A stretch of DNA of 49,486 bases from a virus (IMGVR_UViG_3300011338_000733:1-49486); one strand, 5' to 3'. Positions 27,201 through 35,223 are shown, counted from the first letter of the stretch. Translations and numbers: made by a program. The notes: generated by a model not told the origin, from the sequence alone.

Positions 27201-27692
27201 ATGGAACCGATGAAAAGGATAACTCAAGAAGAGACATATAGGTACGTAAAGATCCAATCTGGAGATCCTAACTGCTGTCGCAAGGCCGTAGCGTTTACGT
27301 TTACTCCGAGTCAAGATCCCGAATTTGAGGGCTGGGACGATGTTACTTATTATCAAGAAGGTATCATGGATCCTACTGATTCGGTTCATAAGCCTGAATT
27401 TGTCTACGTTCTCGTCAACAAGGGAATACCTGGGATCTGCAAGATTGGCATGACTACGACTAGCGTTAACCAACGAGTTAAAGAGATCAACTCGGCCACA
27501 GGCGTCATTACTCCTTGGATTCCTGTTTACAAGTATAAGTGTTTGAACTCTAGGATCCTTGAACAAGCGGTGCACGAAAGGCTAGAACTTATGGGGTACA
27601 GGGTCAATCCACGTCGTGAAGGGTTTGAGATCAAATCGGCTGACGCTGTTAAAGTGATCGAGGAGCTCGGTCAACTGCTCACCATAAGGTAG
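27201..27692 (+). CDS. GIY-YIG/T5orf172-domain protein
   Basis: FVYVLVN..PGICKIGMT...RVKEI...TGV..P...EQAVH...REGF. Confidence 0.85.
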   Translation: MEPMKRITQEETYRYVKIQSGDPNCCRKAVAFTFTPSQDPEFEGWDDVTYYQEGIMDPTDSVHKPEFVYVLVNKGIPGICKIGMTTTSVNQRVKEINSATGVITPWIPVYKYKCLNSRILEQAVHERLELMGYRVNPRREGFEIKSADAVKVIEELGQLLTIR

Positions 27693-27713
27693 TGTGTATA
27701 TACGTGTATAGGG

Positions 27714-27732
27714 CCCCAACTGGGGGATTTTT
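27714..27732 (+). terminator. Short hairpin terminator candidate
   Basis: CCCC-AACT-GGGG followed by a T-tract. Confidence 0.45.
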
Positions 27733-27772
27733 GTTCTTACCGAACGCATATTTATAACCAAAAAATAAAGCA

Positions 27773-28528
27773 ATGCAAGATAATTTCGATTTAAAAGGCT
27801 ATCTACGCCACGGAAACAAACTGCTTAACGAAAGCATCGGCGGTTACGTTGATCTTATGCCTCTAAGAGAAGAGGAGAGCGACATGATGACTATTGAACT
27901 TGATATGTCATGGGATCCTGCAATGGATACATACGCGCAAAGATCATTTGCTGATTTTAATATCCAAGTAAAAGAGACAGAAAATCCTGGTACTTACGAA
28001 GTTACTGGTAGAAAGGAAGACATTCTTGGTTATCTTAGAAGCGAATTCTATGACATGGACGAAGAGTCTATTGCGCATTATTATCCTGAACTTCTTAACG
28101 GTGAGATGAGCGAAGGCGAACCAGACGGTGAGCAGTACGACGGAAAGTATGATGCAAAAAGTGGTCCCGCTATCACTAACGAATTAGAAAAGCCAGAGAA
28201 CGTCTACGCTGACGATTCTTTCGCTCAAGCTCAAAGAGATGCCGCTAGTCCTGTTGATAGCGGAGACTTTGACAGGATGTTTGATTTGGGTGGAGATCAG
28301 ATCGAAAAGGGCATTATGTTTTTGCTTGACGATGGATTCGAACCAGAAGACGTATTAGAAATGTGTAAGATGTTTATTGATGCTCATTCAGAAGCAGCTG
28401 CTAAAGGAAAAAATTTCGAAAGTCAAATAAATGAATACGAATCTAGTTACCAATTAATCAACGGTAAGTGCTATAGAGTTGACGACGAAGGAAACAGAAC
28501 AGCTGCTAGCATGTCTAAATGCAGATAA
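27773..28528 (+). CDS. Acidic late protein with FDLKxYL...LLNE leader (internal head/scaffold-like)
   Basis: Late motif at 27748; multiple L/I-x-E sites. Confidence 0.6.
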   Translation: MQDNFDLKGYLRHGNKLLNESIGGYVDLMPLREEESDMMTIELDMSWDPAMDTYAQRSFADFNIQVKETENPGTYEVTGRKEDILGYLRSEFYDMDEESIAHYYPELLNGEMSEGEPDGEQYDGKYDAKSGPAITNELEKPENVYADDSFAQAQRDAASPVDSGDFDRMFDLGGDQIEKGIMFLLDDGFEPEDVLEMCKMFIDAHSEAAAKGKNFESQINEYESSYQLINGKCYRVDDEGNRTAASMSKCR

Positions 28529-28538
28529 AACAAAAACT

Positions 28539-28859
28539 ATGGAATTTAATTTCAATAAATACCTCAAGAATAATCCTCTTCTAAAAGAAACTAGTGGTTA
28601 TGGTAACTATACCCAACCAGAAAAGATGCTTGAGGATGACGATTACGATTACCAAAGCGCAGAAGATTTTGATCTTAATCCTCAGGACGGAGAGAACGAT
28701 CCTTTGGGTCCAGATGAAGAACTAATGGAAGGCAGCGGTAAAGTTGACGAAGTATTCAACGTAATGATGGATCACATGAGGAATCTTATTAAAAAGACAG
28801 GACTAGACGATGACGACGTTCAGGAGTTAAGAGTTAAGTTGGCCGAGTTCTTCAAATAG
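28539..28859 (+). CDS. Acidic late protein with FNFNKYL...LLKE leader (start re-called)
   Basis: Leader parallels that of 27773. Confidence 0.6.
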   Translation: MEFNFNKYLKNNPLLKETSGYGNYTQPEKMLEDDDYDYQSAEDFDLNPQDGENDPLGPDEELMEGSGKVDEVFNVMMDHMRNLIKKTGLDDDDVQELRVKLAEFFK

Positions 28860-28881
28860 TAAGAACGTAAAGATAAAAAAG

Positions 28882-28913
28882 AAAAGCCCCTACTGAAAAG
28901 TTAGGGGTTTTTT
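28882..28913 (+). terminator. Intrinsic terminator
   Basis: AAAAGCCCCTA-loop-TAGGGGTTTTTT. Confidence 0.8.
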
Positions 28914-28957
28914 ATTGATATTATTGTCGTATATTTACATCCTATCTAACAGATAAC

Positions 28958-29031
28958 GGACTTTTAGCTCAGTTGGTTAGAGCATCTGACTCATAATCAG
29001 GGGGTCGTAGGTTCAAGTCCTACAAGGTCCA
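28958..29031 (+). tRNA. tRNA with CAT anticodon, most likely tRNA-Ile2 (lysidine type)
   Basis: Canonical cloverleaf, GGACTTT/AAGGTCC-A, loop CTCATAA; body resembles Ile2; ATA codons are frequent in this genome. Confidence 0.85.
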
Positions 29032-29039
29032 CAGAGAAT

Positions 29040-29121
29040 GCCCCGTTGGCGAAATTGGTAGACGCGCTAGACTTAGGATCTAGTTCCTTACGGTGTATCG
29101 GTTCGAGTCCGATATGGGGCA
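29040..29121 (+). tRNA. tRNA-Leu(TAG)
   Basis: Class II cloverleaf, CTAGA-CTTAGGA-TCTAG. Confidence 0.92.
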
Positions 29122-29126
29122 CAAAT

Positions 29127-29283
29127 TGTCAGGTGGTGAAAAGCGTACGCAACGGCATACACACCCTCTTGTCTCGAGGGCGCTGAATCTGAAAAAGGTA
29201 GACGGGATATGGGTTGACCACAAAGCCGGCTATTTTGTCCACTACCGAATCACAGCATGAAGGTTCGAATCCTTCCCTGACAG
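29127..29283 (+). tRNA. Atypical tRNA-Asp(GTC)-like RNA with a 78-nt variable arm
   Basis: TGTCAGG/CCTGACA-G; CCCTC-TTGTCTC-GAGGG; T-arm GAAGG-TTCGAAT-CCTTC. Confidence 0.65.
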
Positions 29284-29453
29284 CCTGAACACAGTGAGTC
29301 TACGAAACTAGCCCGCAGGCCACGGGATCGAAAACTCAGGAATGCCTCTCTAATTGCCTTGAGATAGTATCGAAAAGGATTACGAAGCACACTACTCCTC
29401 TGAATCGTTAGTCAGCAGTGTAAAGCAATTCCACTGGGGAATAGGATTGCAAA

Positions 29454-29577
29454 TTAGGTTGATTGGGAAACCTTACACCTTCATTAAAAAGTTGGAATGT
29501 AAGCGAGGAGGTGTAGAAACCGAAGTAACGCCAATCGTAAAAGCAGATGTCTACGCACCCATCTTCTGCTTTCCTAA
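29454..29577 (+). ncRNA. Structured RNA of unknown family
   Basis: TTAGG/CCTAA closing stem, GATTGG/CCAATC, TACACCT/AGGTGTA and AAAGCAGA/TCTGCTTT helices. Confidence 0.55.
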
Positions 29578-29579
29578 AT

Positions 29580-29645
29580 AGTCGGGTAGCTTAAGAAAAG
29601 CGGTTGCGATAGTTTCCGTTGTGGGTTCGAATCCCACCCTGACTA
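29580..29645 (+). ncRNA. Minimal 66-nt tRNA-like RNA lacking a normal anticodon arm
   Basis: AGTCGGG/CCTGACT-A; GTGGG-TTCGAAT-CCCAC. Confidence 0.7.
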
Positions 29646-29702
29646 CAAAGCGGATAAAATGTGCAGTAGCCGCAGAGAATCTAGATCTCACTGCACTCTT
29701 AT

Positions 29703-29784
29703 AGTCAGGTAGCACGTAATGGGAAAACGGCATCTCATCCTGAAGAATGGTTGTGCGTTGTAGGTTCGAATCCTACTCTGACTA
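29703..29784 (+). ncRNA. tRNA-like RNA with a remodelled D/anticodon region
   Basis: AGTCAGG/TCTGACT-A; GTAGG-TTCGAAT-CCTAC. Confidence 0.7.
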
Positions 29785-29905
29785 CGAGGGGAAAGTAACT
29801 TAAAGAGAGCCCTAAATGGAGAATCTGTACAACTTGTCTAGGTTATGTACAGTGCGGCCGCCGGTAATGATCTCAGCAAGTGACACACGGGGAGAGACCC
29901 GACCA

Positions 29906-29990
29906 GCCCCGGTGGTGGAACCGGTAGACACGCAAGACTTAAAATCTTGTTCGCTGAAAGCGAGTACGGGTTCGATTCCCGTCTGGGGCA
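29906..29990 (+). tRNA. tRNA-Leu(TAA)
   Basis: Class II cloverleaf, CAAGA-CTTAAAA-TCTTG. Confidence 0.92.
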
Positions 29991-30019
29991 CAATTACATT
30001 TTCACATATTTATAGCAGT

Positions 30020-30286
30020 ATGGAAATGCCTTACGTATACAGTTGGAAAGAGTATATCTCTCTTCCTCACATAAAAATAATGTCGCTTACTGAGCAGACT
30101 AGGCGTTATAACTATTATGTGTGCGAAATGAACGAGTGGATGGTGCAGAATGTTAATTGCGCTAGAGGTGGTGGAGGAAACGTAAGAGCGAAAGAAATAG
30201 TAAACGAGGGATTCCTACAACAAGAAAACTTATTTTACGTTTTACAAGAAGACGGATCAAGAATATACGTAACAGTAGAAATTTAA
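30020..30286 (+). CDS. Small late protein (start re-called)
   Basis: ATG 6 nt after ATATTTAT; LQQENLFYVLQEDGSRI motif, seen ahead of phage fibre genes. Confidence 0.6.
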   Translation: MEMPYVYSWKEYISLPHIKIMSLTEQTRRYNYYVCEMNEWMVQNVNCARGGGGNVRAKEIVNEGFLQQENLFYVLQEDGSRIYVTVEI

Positions 30287-30290
30287 ACCT

Positions 30291-30932
30291 ATGCCAGATT
30301 TACCGATATCAGGACTGCCAGCACTTGCAATCCCTTTAGCCGCTGACGTTTTTCCAATAGTTAACGGAGGAGTTACGAAAAAAACCACAGTCCAAAACCT
30401 GGGATCTACCGTATTCAATCAGATATCCTCTTCGGTGATACTACCTAGTCAGACCGGATCTTTTGCTCCGACCTCTTATTACGGATCTTTCTATCACACT
30501 CAGAATATTATAGCAGGCGCTTTATCTACTCCAGCTACGATGTCCCTTAACACAACTGACTTCTCTTCTGGGATCTCTATTTCTGGATCTACGTTTGATA
30601 AAATCAAATTCGCTAGCGGAGGGTTTTACGATATTCAATTCTCAGCTCAGCTAGCTAAGTCTACTGGAACTACATCAAACGTTTACATTTGGATCAGGAA
30701 AAATAATATCGATGTTCCTTGGTCTAACACAGGTGTTACCTTAGCAGGAGGATCCAACGATGTGGCTACACCTGCATGGAACTGGTTTGTGTCAGCTGCT
30801 CCTAACGACTACTATCAAATAATGTGGTCAGTGGTCGGAGCTTCTAATAACGCATTTGTATCAGCTTCCGCAGGTCTTGGAGGAGGTCCAGAAGTTCCAT
30901 CTTTAATAGTTACCGTTAATAGAGTAGGTTAA
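30291..30932 (+). CDS. Putative tail-fibre/accessory virion protein with a C1q/BclA-like C-terminal domain
   Basis: MPDLPISGLP..D.FPIV..G.TKK N-terminus; G.Y.IQFSAQL...IWIRKN...DYYQIMW beta-rich domain. Confidence 0.6.
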   Translation: MPDLPISGLPALAIPLAADVFPIVNGGVTKKTTVQNLGSTVFNQISSSVILPSQTGSFAPTSYYGSFYHTQNIIAGALSTPATMSLNTTDFSSGISISGSTFDKIKFASGGFYDIQFSAQLAKSTGTTSNVYIWIRKNNIDVPWSNTGVTLAGGSNDVATPAWNWFVSAAPNDYYQIMWSVVGASNNAFVSASAGLGGGPEVPSLIVTVNRVG

Positions 30933-30991
30933 CTGCTAATTTAATTTTTTTTATTTCGATCTTTATTAGTACATTTACTTAAATCAAAGTT

Positions 30992-31792
30992 ATGTACAAA
31001 CTACCAACCTCTCCCTACGAGACACGTCAAGAAGAGTATCGCGAAGACCCATGGAAAATGTTAATGGTATGCTTCATGCTCAATCAAACAAGTCACAAAC
31101 AAGTAGACCAGATTCGTCACGAATTCTTTGAGAGGTTCCCAACTCCAGAAAAGCTAGTGTTAGCAGAGGACTCAGAGATCGCTAAGATGATCAAGATCTT
31201 AGGATTCTATAACAAACGGGCCAAAGCGTGGAAGACGTTCTCTATGCAGTGGATAGAGCTAGTTAGAAAGTACGATTCTGCTGAGATTCCATTATTTGAA
31301 TTAGAAAAAATGTACGGCGTGGGTAAGTACGCGCTAGATTCTTGGAAAGTCTTTCAATTGTTTCAGTACGATACCCAAGTAGATGACCACGTTCTTAACT
31401 GGTACGTTGATTGGGCAAGAGCCGAAATGGAAAGGGAAAAGAGAGAGTCTAGCGAATACGTACCAATGCTCGTATACTACCTACACTACGAAGATGAAAG
31501 GCTTATCATTAACAATTGGAACGTGTGTAGGGATTACGCTTGTTGCGTTATGGCAAGGACTCAGTTGGAAGCTACGGAGAAAGTAAAGTCTATCGCTTCG
31601 AATCAGAGAGGCCACAGGTACATCAAGATCATGGGATTCGGTCACGCTAAGGAAGAATGGGTTAACGAAGAGGCTCCGCTAGTATCAGACGAGAACTTCT
31701 ATACTCAGCAGGTTAGCGCTGTATTCGATCGAATAAAAGCAAGAAATTTATCAGCTAACGATATTTATATTAGTCAACAATCACACAATTAA
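30992..31792 (+). CDS. MBD4-like HhH-GPD DNA glycosylase with a C-terminal extension
   Basis: DPWKML...LNQT, FPTPE, LGFYNKRAK, YGVGKYALDS, DHVLNWY parallel the MBD4 catalytic domain. Confidence 0.8.
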   Translation: MYKLPTSPYETRQEEYREDPWKMLMVCFMLNQTSHKQVDQIRHEFFERFPTPEKLVLAEDSEIAKMIKILGFYNKRAKAWKTFSMQWIELVRKYDSAEIPLFELEKMYGVGKYALDSWKVFQLFQYDTQVDDHVLNWYVDWARAEMEREKRESSEYVPMLVYYLHYEDERLIINNWNVCRDYACCVMARTQLEATEKVKSIASNQRGHRYIKIMGFGHAKEEWVNEEAPLVSDENFYTQQVSAVFDRIKARNLSANDIYISQQSHN

Positions 31793-31799
31793 GTTTTTA

Positions 31800-32975
31800 A
31801 TGAGTACTACACCATCGTCAAAGTGGATACAACCCACAAGGTATTACGAAGAGTTTATTTACTATTACACTCTAGCAAAAAAGCAACAAGAACTTTGTAA
31901 TCTAGGAATAGAAAAGCACGCTACATGCGGCATCGAAGATGATCTTATGCTTCACGTTGAACTCTACGATGTAGTAGAACGCAAGTATGCTGGATTCTCT
32001 CAGATCGTTAACGACGTGTTTTACGGATGGACAGAAGATCATCCTTATTGGAAAAAGATGGAGCAGGGACTCTGTTTTAAACAGAGAGAAACTGTAGCGA
32101 AGAACTGGACTGGTAAGCAGCAAGTGTTTGGTCTTAAAGAGTGGATCTATCTACTTTTGTTTCACCGTCTTACAGGATCAGGTATTAACTACGCTAAGAA
32201 GCCTTCTGGTTATCACAACACACTTTTGTTTGAGATGCATCAGGCAGATAACATTCCACAGATGGTTGATATCATCAAAGGGGCTTGGCGACCTTTCTAC
32301 ACATCAGTAGGATACCAGTTTCCTAGCTTTCCAAAACCACAAGGCAAGTACAAGAGAGGTGGAGATTATTTTATGTGTGAATTCTTACCACAACTATCTG
32401 AAGCAGTAGCCACATTCTTAGAGACAGGACCTAAAAAGAATCTTAGGGAAATCGGTGACTTCATGTTTGCTTGGAACAAGGATAACGGTCTTAGAGCTTA
32501 CAAGTTTCAGTACGCAGCATTCATTGCTGATGTCGCTGACTGGTTCCCTGATTTTGTAAACCGAGAGTCGGTATTCTATTACGGTACCAACGCCAAAGAG
32601 TGTATCAGTTACTTAGCTAAGAAGTCTATCAAGATGGATGAAATCACTTTCTTAGATTCTGTTATGCAAAAAGTATACGAAGACACTGGCGAAGTCCCGT
32701 ACAACATGGAGGACGTTGCATGTGACTTCATTAGGTGGATTGAGAACTACGTAAAACCTGGTTCTGATTACGATCACCTTGATTTCGACCACGTGTGGAA
32801 CAGTTCTACAATAAAGGATCATCCATACGGTCGTCAGAAGGCAATGCTTGATCTTAATCTAATTCCTTCTTTTAACGGAATTAAGGATCACCCATCAGAT
32901 GATAAAATTATCAAAGCTGTTAACATGACAGAACAACAATACAAAGAAAAAGTAAAAGCACTTTACACATTATGA
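31800..32975 (+). CDS. Putative DNA base-modification enzyme (aGPT-Pplase / amino acid:DNA transferase-like)
   Basis: YDVVERKYAGFS, HRLTGSG, F......ADV...YGTNA and EDVACD motifs, recalled as resembling this HhH-derived superfamily. Confidence 0.45.
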   Translation: MSTTPSSKWIQPTRYYEEFIYYYTLAKKQQELCNLGIEKHATCGIEDDLMLHVELYDVVERKYAGFSQIVNDVFYGWTEDHPYWKKMEQGLCFKQRETVAKNWTGKQQVFGLKEWIYLLLFHRLTGSGINYAKKPSGYHNTLLFEMHQADNIPQMVDIIKGAWRPFYTSVGYQFPSFPKPQGKYKRGGDYFMCEFLPQLSEAVATFLETGPKKNLREIGDFMFAWNKDNGLRAYKFQYAAFIADVADWFPDFVNRESVFYYGTNAKECISYLAKKSIKMDEITFLDSVMQKVYEDTGEVPYNMEDVACDFIRWIENYVKPGSDYDHLDFDHVWNSSTIKDHPYGRQKAMLDLNLIPSFNGIKDHPSDDKIIKAVNMTEQQYKEKVKALYTL

Positions 32976-33964
32976 GCCAAATAGTTTACACAAATACGTG
33001 CGAAGTAGAATTCAAAGGTAAAAAACCAAAAGACTCTTGGATGAGGGATTGGACTCTAGATCAAAGGATCGATAAGTTCTTTGAGTTCTGTAAGAAGTTC
33101 GACGATAGGCAAGACGATCTATTGAAGGACGAGTATCAGATATTCTCTCATCGCCTTCACTGGCACGAGCATCCTTACTGTGATCTTATGCAATCTGTTA
33201 CAGATAACGAACTAAGGATGTACTATACCCTTGTTTTCTCTTTCTCTAACGAACATTGGGGAACTCTAACAAAATTAATGACAGAGGGTAAGGACGCGAC
33301 AAGGGAATTCTTTGTTGAGAACAGACACGCTAGAAACGATCTGTTTCAGATATATTATCCTAAGGGAACTAACGTTAAGGATTGGCTTTTAGAAGGACCA
33401 AGAAAAGCTGCTAAGGATCTTGCGTACGTTCTTGACGAAGCCGAAAAGAGAGGCACTCCTTACTCAATGATGGGATTTGCAAAGATTCTTGAGAAGTACT
33501 TTAAGGAACACCAAAACTTTAGAAGTCCGCTGTATCCTTGCAAAAATACTGCAAGATACATCGCAATGAGTTATCCTCACTTAGTTAATCCAGAGTCTAT
33601 TCTTTTTGGTGGCACTGGTCACTTCGATGGTCTGCATCAAGTGTTTGGAGGACAGAACCTAAACGGTAAGGTGAAGTACACTATTAACGAGAGCGGAGAC
33701 TTTATACCTGAAAACAAACAAGCAGATATGTGGCTAGATCAGATGGCCACCCTAGTTAATCACCCTTCTAATCCGATGACAAGTCAGAAGTACTTGAACG
33801 TAGAAGATAAAACCTGTTTCTTTTGGAAACACATCGCAATATCGCATGGAGAAAAAAGACCCACTAAAAACATCCCTTATACTTGGATATTTGATTCTAA
33901 ATTTAATCTTAGTAATCATCCTGACTTCTTGGACAAGATAGTTCAGAGGGAGTTAATGTATTAA
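32972..33964 (+). CDS. Second putative aGPT-Pplase-like DNA-modification protein
   Basis: ATGA-coupled to 31800; FF.FC...D.R.D, P.....GTG..DGL and EDKTC..WK motifs. Confidence 0.4.
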   Translation: MSQIVYTNTCEVEFKGKKPKDSWMRDWTLDQRIDKFFEFCKKFDDRQDDLLKDEYQIFSHRLHWHEHPYCDLMQSVTDNELRMYYTLVFSFSNEHWGTLTKLMTEGKDATREFFVENRHARNDLFQIYYPKGTNVKDWLLEGPRKAAKDLAYVLDEAEKRGTPYSMMGFAKILEKYFKEHQNFRSPLYPCKNTARYIAMSYPHLVNPESILFGGTGHFDGLHQVFGGQNLNGKVKYTINESGDFIPENKQADMWLDQMATLVNHPSNPMTSQKYLNVEDKTCFFWKHIAISHGEKRPTKNIPYTWIFDSKFNLSNHPDFLDKIVQRELMY

Positions 33965-33982
33965 TGTCCTATAGATTTTGAT

Positions 33983-34462
33983 CTATCCAGCAGTCCCGGA
34001 ATTATCTTGGGACTGTTCTAGGATCTGGCCTGTATCCTTACGGAAGAACTTACCGCCTATGTTCTCGTTGTAAGAATCTATGTGTAAAACTTCCATCTTT
34101 ATTTGGTAATAAACTTCGTAGTAGCTTAACTCTTTTTTGGTGTAACAGGGTCTTAGTACCTGTCTTTCGAATCCCTCTTTACCGAGTTTGGTAATGTCTT
34201 CAAGCAGAGTCTTTGAGCTTCCGTAGTAAGATTGCCAGTTGCTTTCCTTTACTTCTTTCCTCTTCTTTGGTACTCTACCCGGTTTTATCCAAGCTTCAAT
34301 TTCTTTCTTAGTAAGTTTCTTTGTGAGGTTATTGTGTAGGATCTTTTTACCCACATAGATCCTACCGTTTTCTTTGTTCTTAATAACGTAGACAAAACCA
34401 ACACAGTTTTCTGGAAAGTCCGATAACTGTTTCATTTCTTTATTTTCGTATAACCAATTCAT
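33983..34462 (-). CDS. GIY-YIG family protein conserved in T4-like phages
   Basis: GFVYVI.N..NGRIYVGKK; ESNWQSYYGS; YYE...Q; YNENI. Confidence 0.8.
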   Translation of the reverse strand: MNWLYENKEMKQLSDFPENCVGFVYVIKNKENGRIYVGKKILHNNLTKKLTKKEIEAWIKPGRVPKKRKEVKESNWQSYYGSSKTLLEDITKLGKEGFERQVLRPCYTKKELSYYEVYYQIKMEVLHIDSYNENIGGKFFRKDTGQILEQSQDNSGTAG

Positions 34463-34471
34463 TTTTTATTT

Positions 34472-35191
34472 TTAAACAGTAACTACTGTCACTGTGTTAT
34501 TCGCTTGCAAATACTGAATATCTCCATCAGGGTTTCCACTATTACAAGTCATTAGGCTAGCAAAAACGGTAAGAGTTATAGTTTTTCCTGTTACACCATT
34601 GAACACATTATTATTAAGCACTGTGTCACCTAAATTAGTACAAGATGGAAGATAAAATGTAATATTGGGAACAAGAAATCCTGCACTTACAAAAGTACCA
34701 CTTCCTGAAAAAGCTATTGCTTCTGGAAGAATCACTGTGGTTAACGGGGCATTAGATGAAAAACAGTCAGTTCCTCCACCATATACACAATTTAACTCAT
34801 CTATAATACTAACAAGTCCTGTATCAGCTAGACAATAAGGCAATAAATAAAAACCACCACCACTAAAAAGACTAACAGTGAGTCCATCTACTGAGCATGC
34901 TGTAAATGAAGAACCAAGTAATGTGTTCCATAATGAAACATTAGTAGAATCAACAACAGGAAAACCTAATCCAAATGTTAATCTTAATGCTGGTGGAGGA
35001 GGAGGCGGAGGTATAGTTACAATAGGCGTACGCGATGCGCCCTGAGCGTTTGCTTGATTAACAATCTGTTCCATAGATTGAAAATACATTAGCTGTTCAG
35101 CTAAATATTGTTGTTTTATAGCTTCTATTGATTTTCCTGGATATTTTCTTGTATAATCTTGCCAAGGTCCTGGATCATTAACTAAAAACAT
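34472..35191 (-). CDS. Late protein with a poly-Pro linker and BspA/LRR-like C-terminus
   Basis: PPPPPPP; CFSSNAPLTTVILP and FYLPSC..LG repeats; late motif at 35217. Confidence 0.55.
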   Translation of the reverse strand: MFLVNDPGPWQDYTRKYPGKSIEAIKQQYLAEQLMYFQSMEQIVNQANAQGASRTPIVTIPPPPPPPALRLTFGLGFPVVDSTNVSLWNTLLGSSFTACSVDGLTVSLFSGGGFYLLPYCLADTGLVSIIDELNCVYGGGTDCFSSNAPLTTVILPEAIAFSGSGTFVSAGFLVPNITFYLPSCTNLGDTVLNNNVFNGVTGKTITLTVFASLMTCNSGNPDGDIQYLQANNTVTVVTV

Positions 35192-35223
35192 GTATTATTT
35201 ATTTTTATTTTTAAATATAAATA

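Noticed and set aside
2485-27773. Numerous - strand or alternative-frame ORFs in the left arm (e.g. 5357, 10410, 15271, 19402, 23006, 25338, 27165)
   Set aside because: They are shadows of well-supported + strand genes or of the A-rich spacer, with no motifs or leaders.
29284-29700. HDV-like theta, hammerhead or twister ribozymes after the tRNAs
   Set aside because: I could not fit the nested double pseudoknot or the CUGAnGA/GAAA core by eye; left as unknown structured RNA.
29816-30019. N-terminal extension of ORF 29816-30286, and ORF 29551-29733
   Set aside because: They overlap tRNA-Leu and tRNA-like genes; the better start is 30020, right after the late motif.
33983-34462. Intron-encoded homing endonuclease
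   Set aside because: The gene is free-standing at the convergence of two operons, with no interrupted host gene or intron structure evident.
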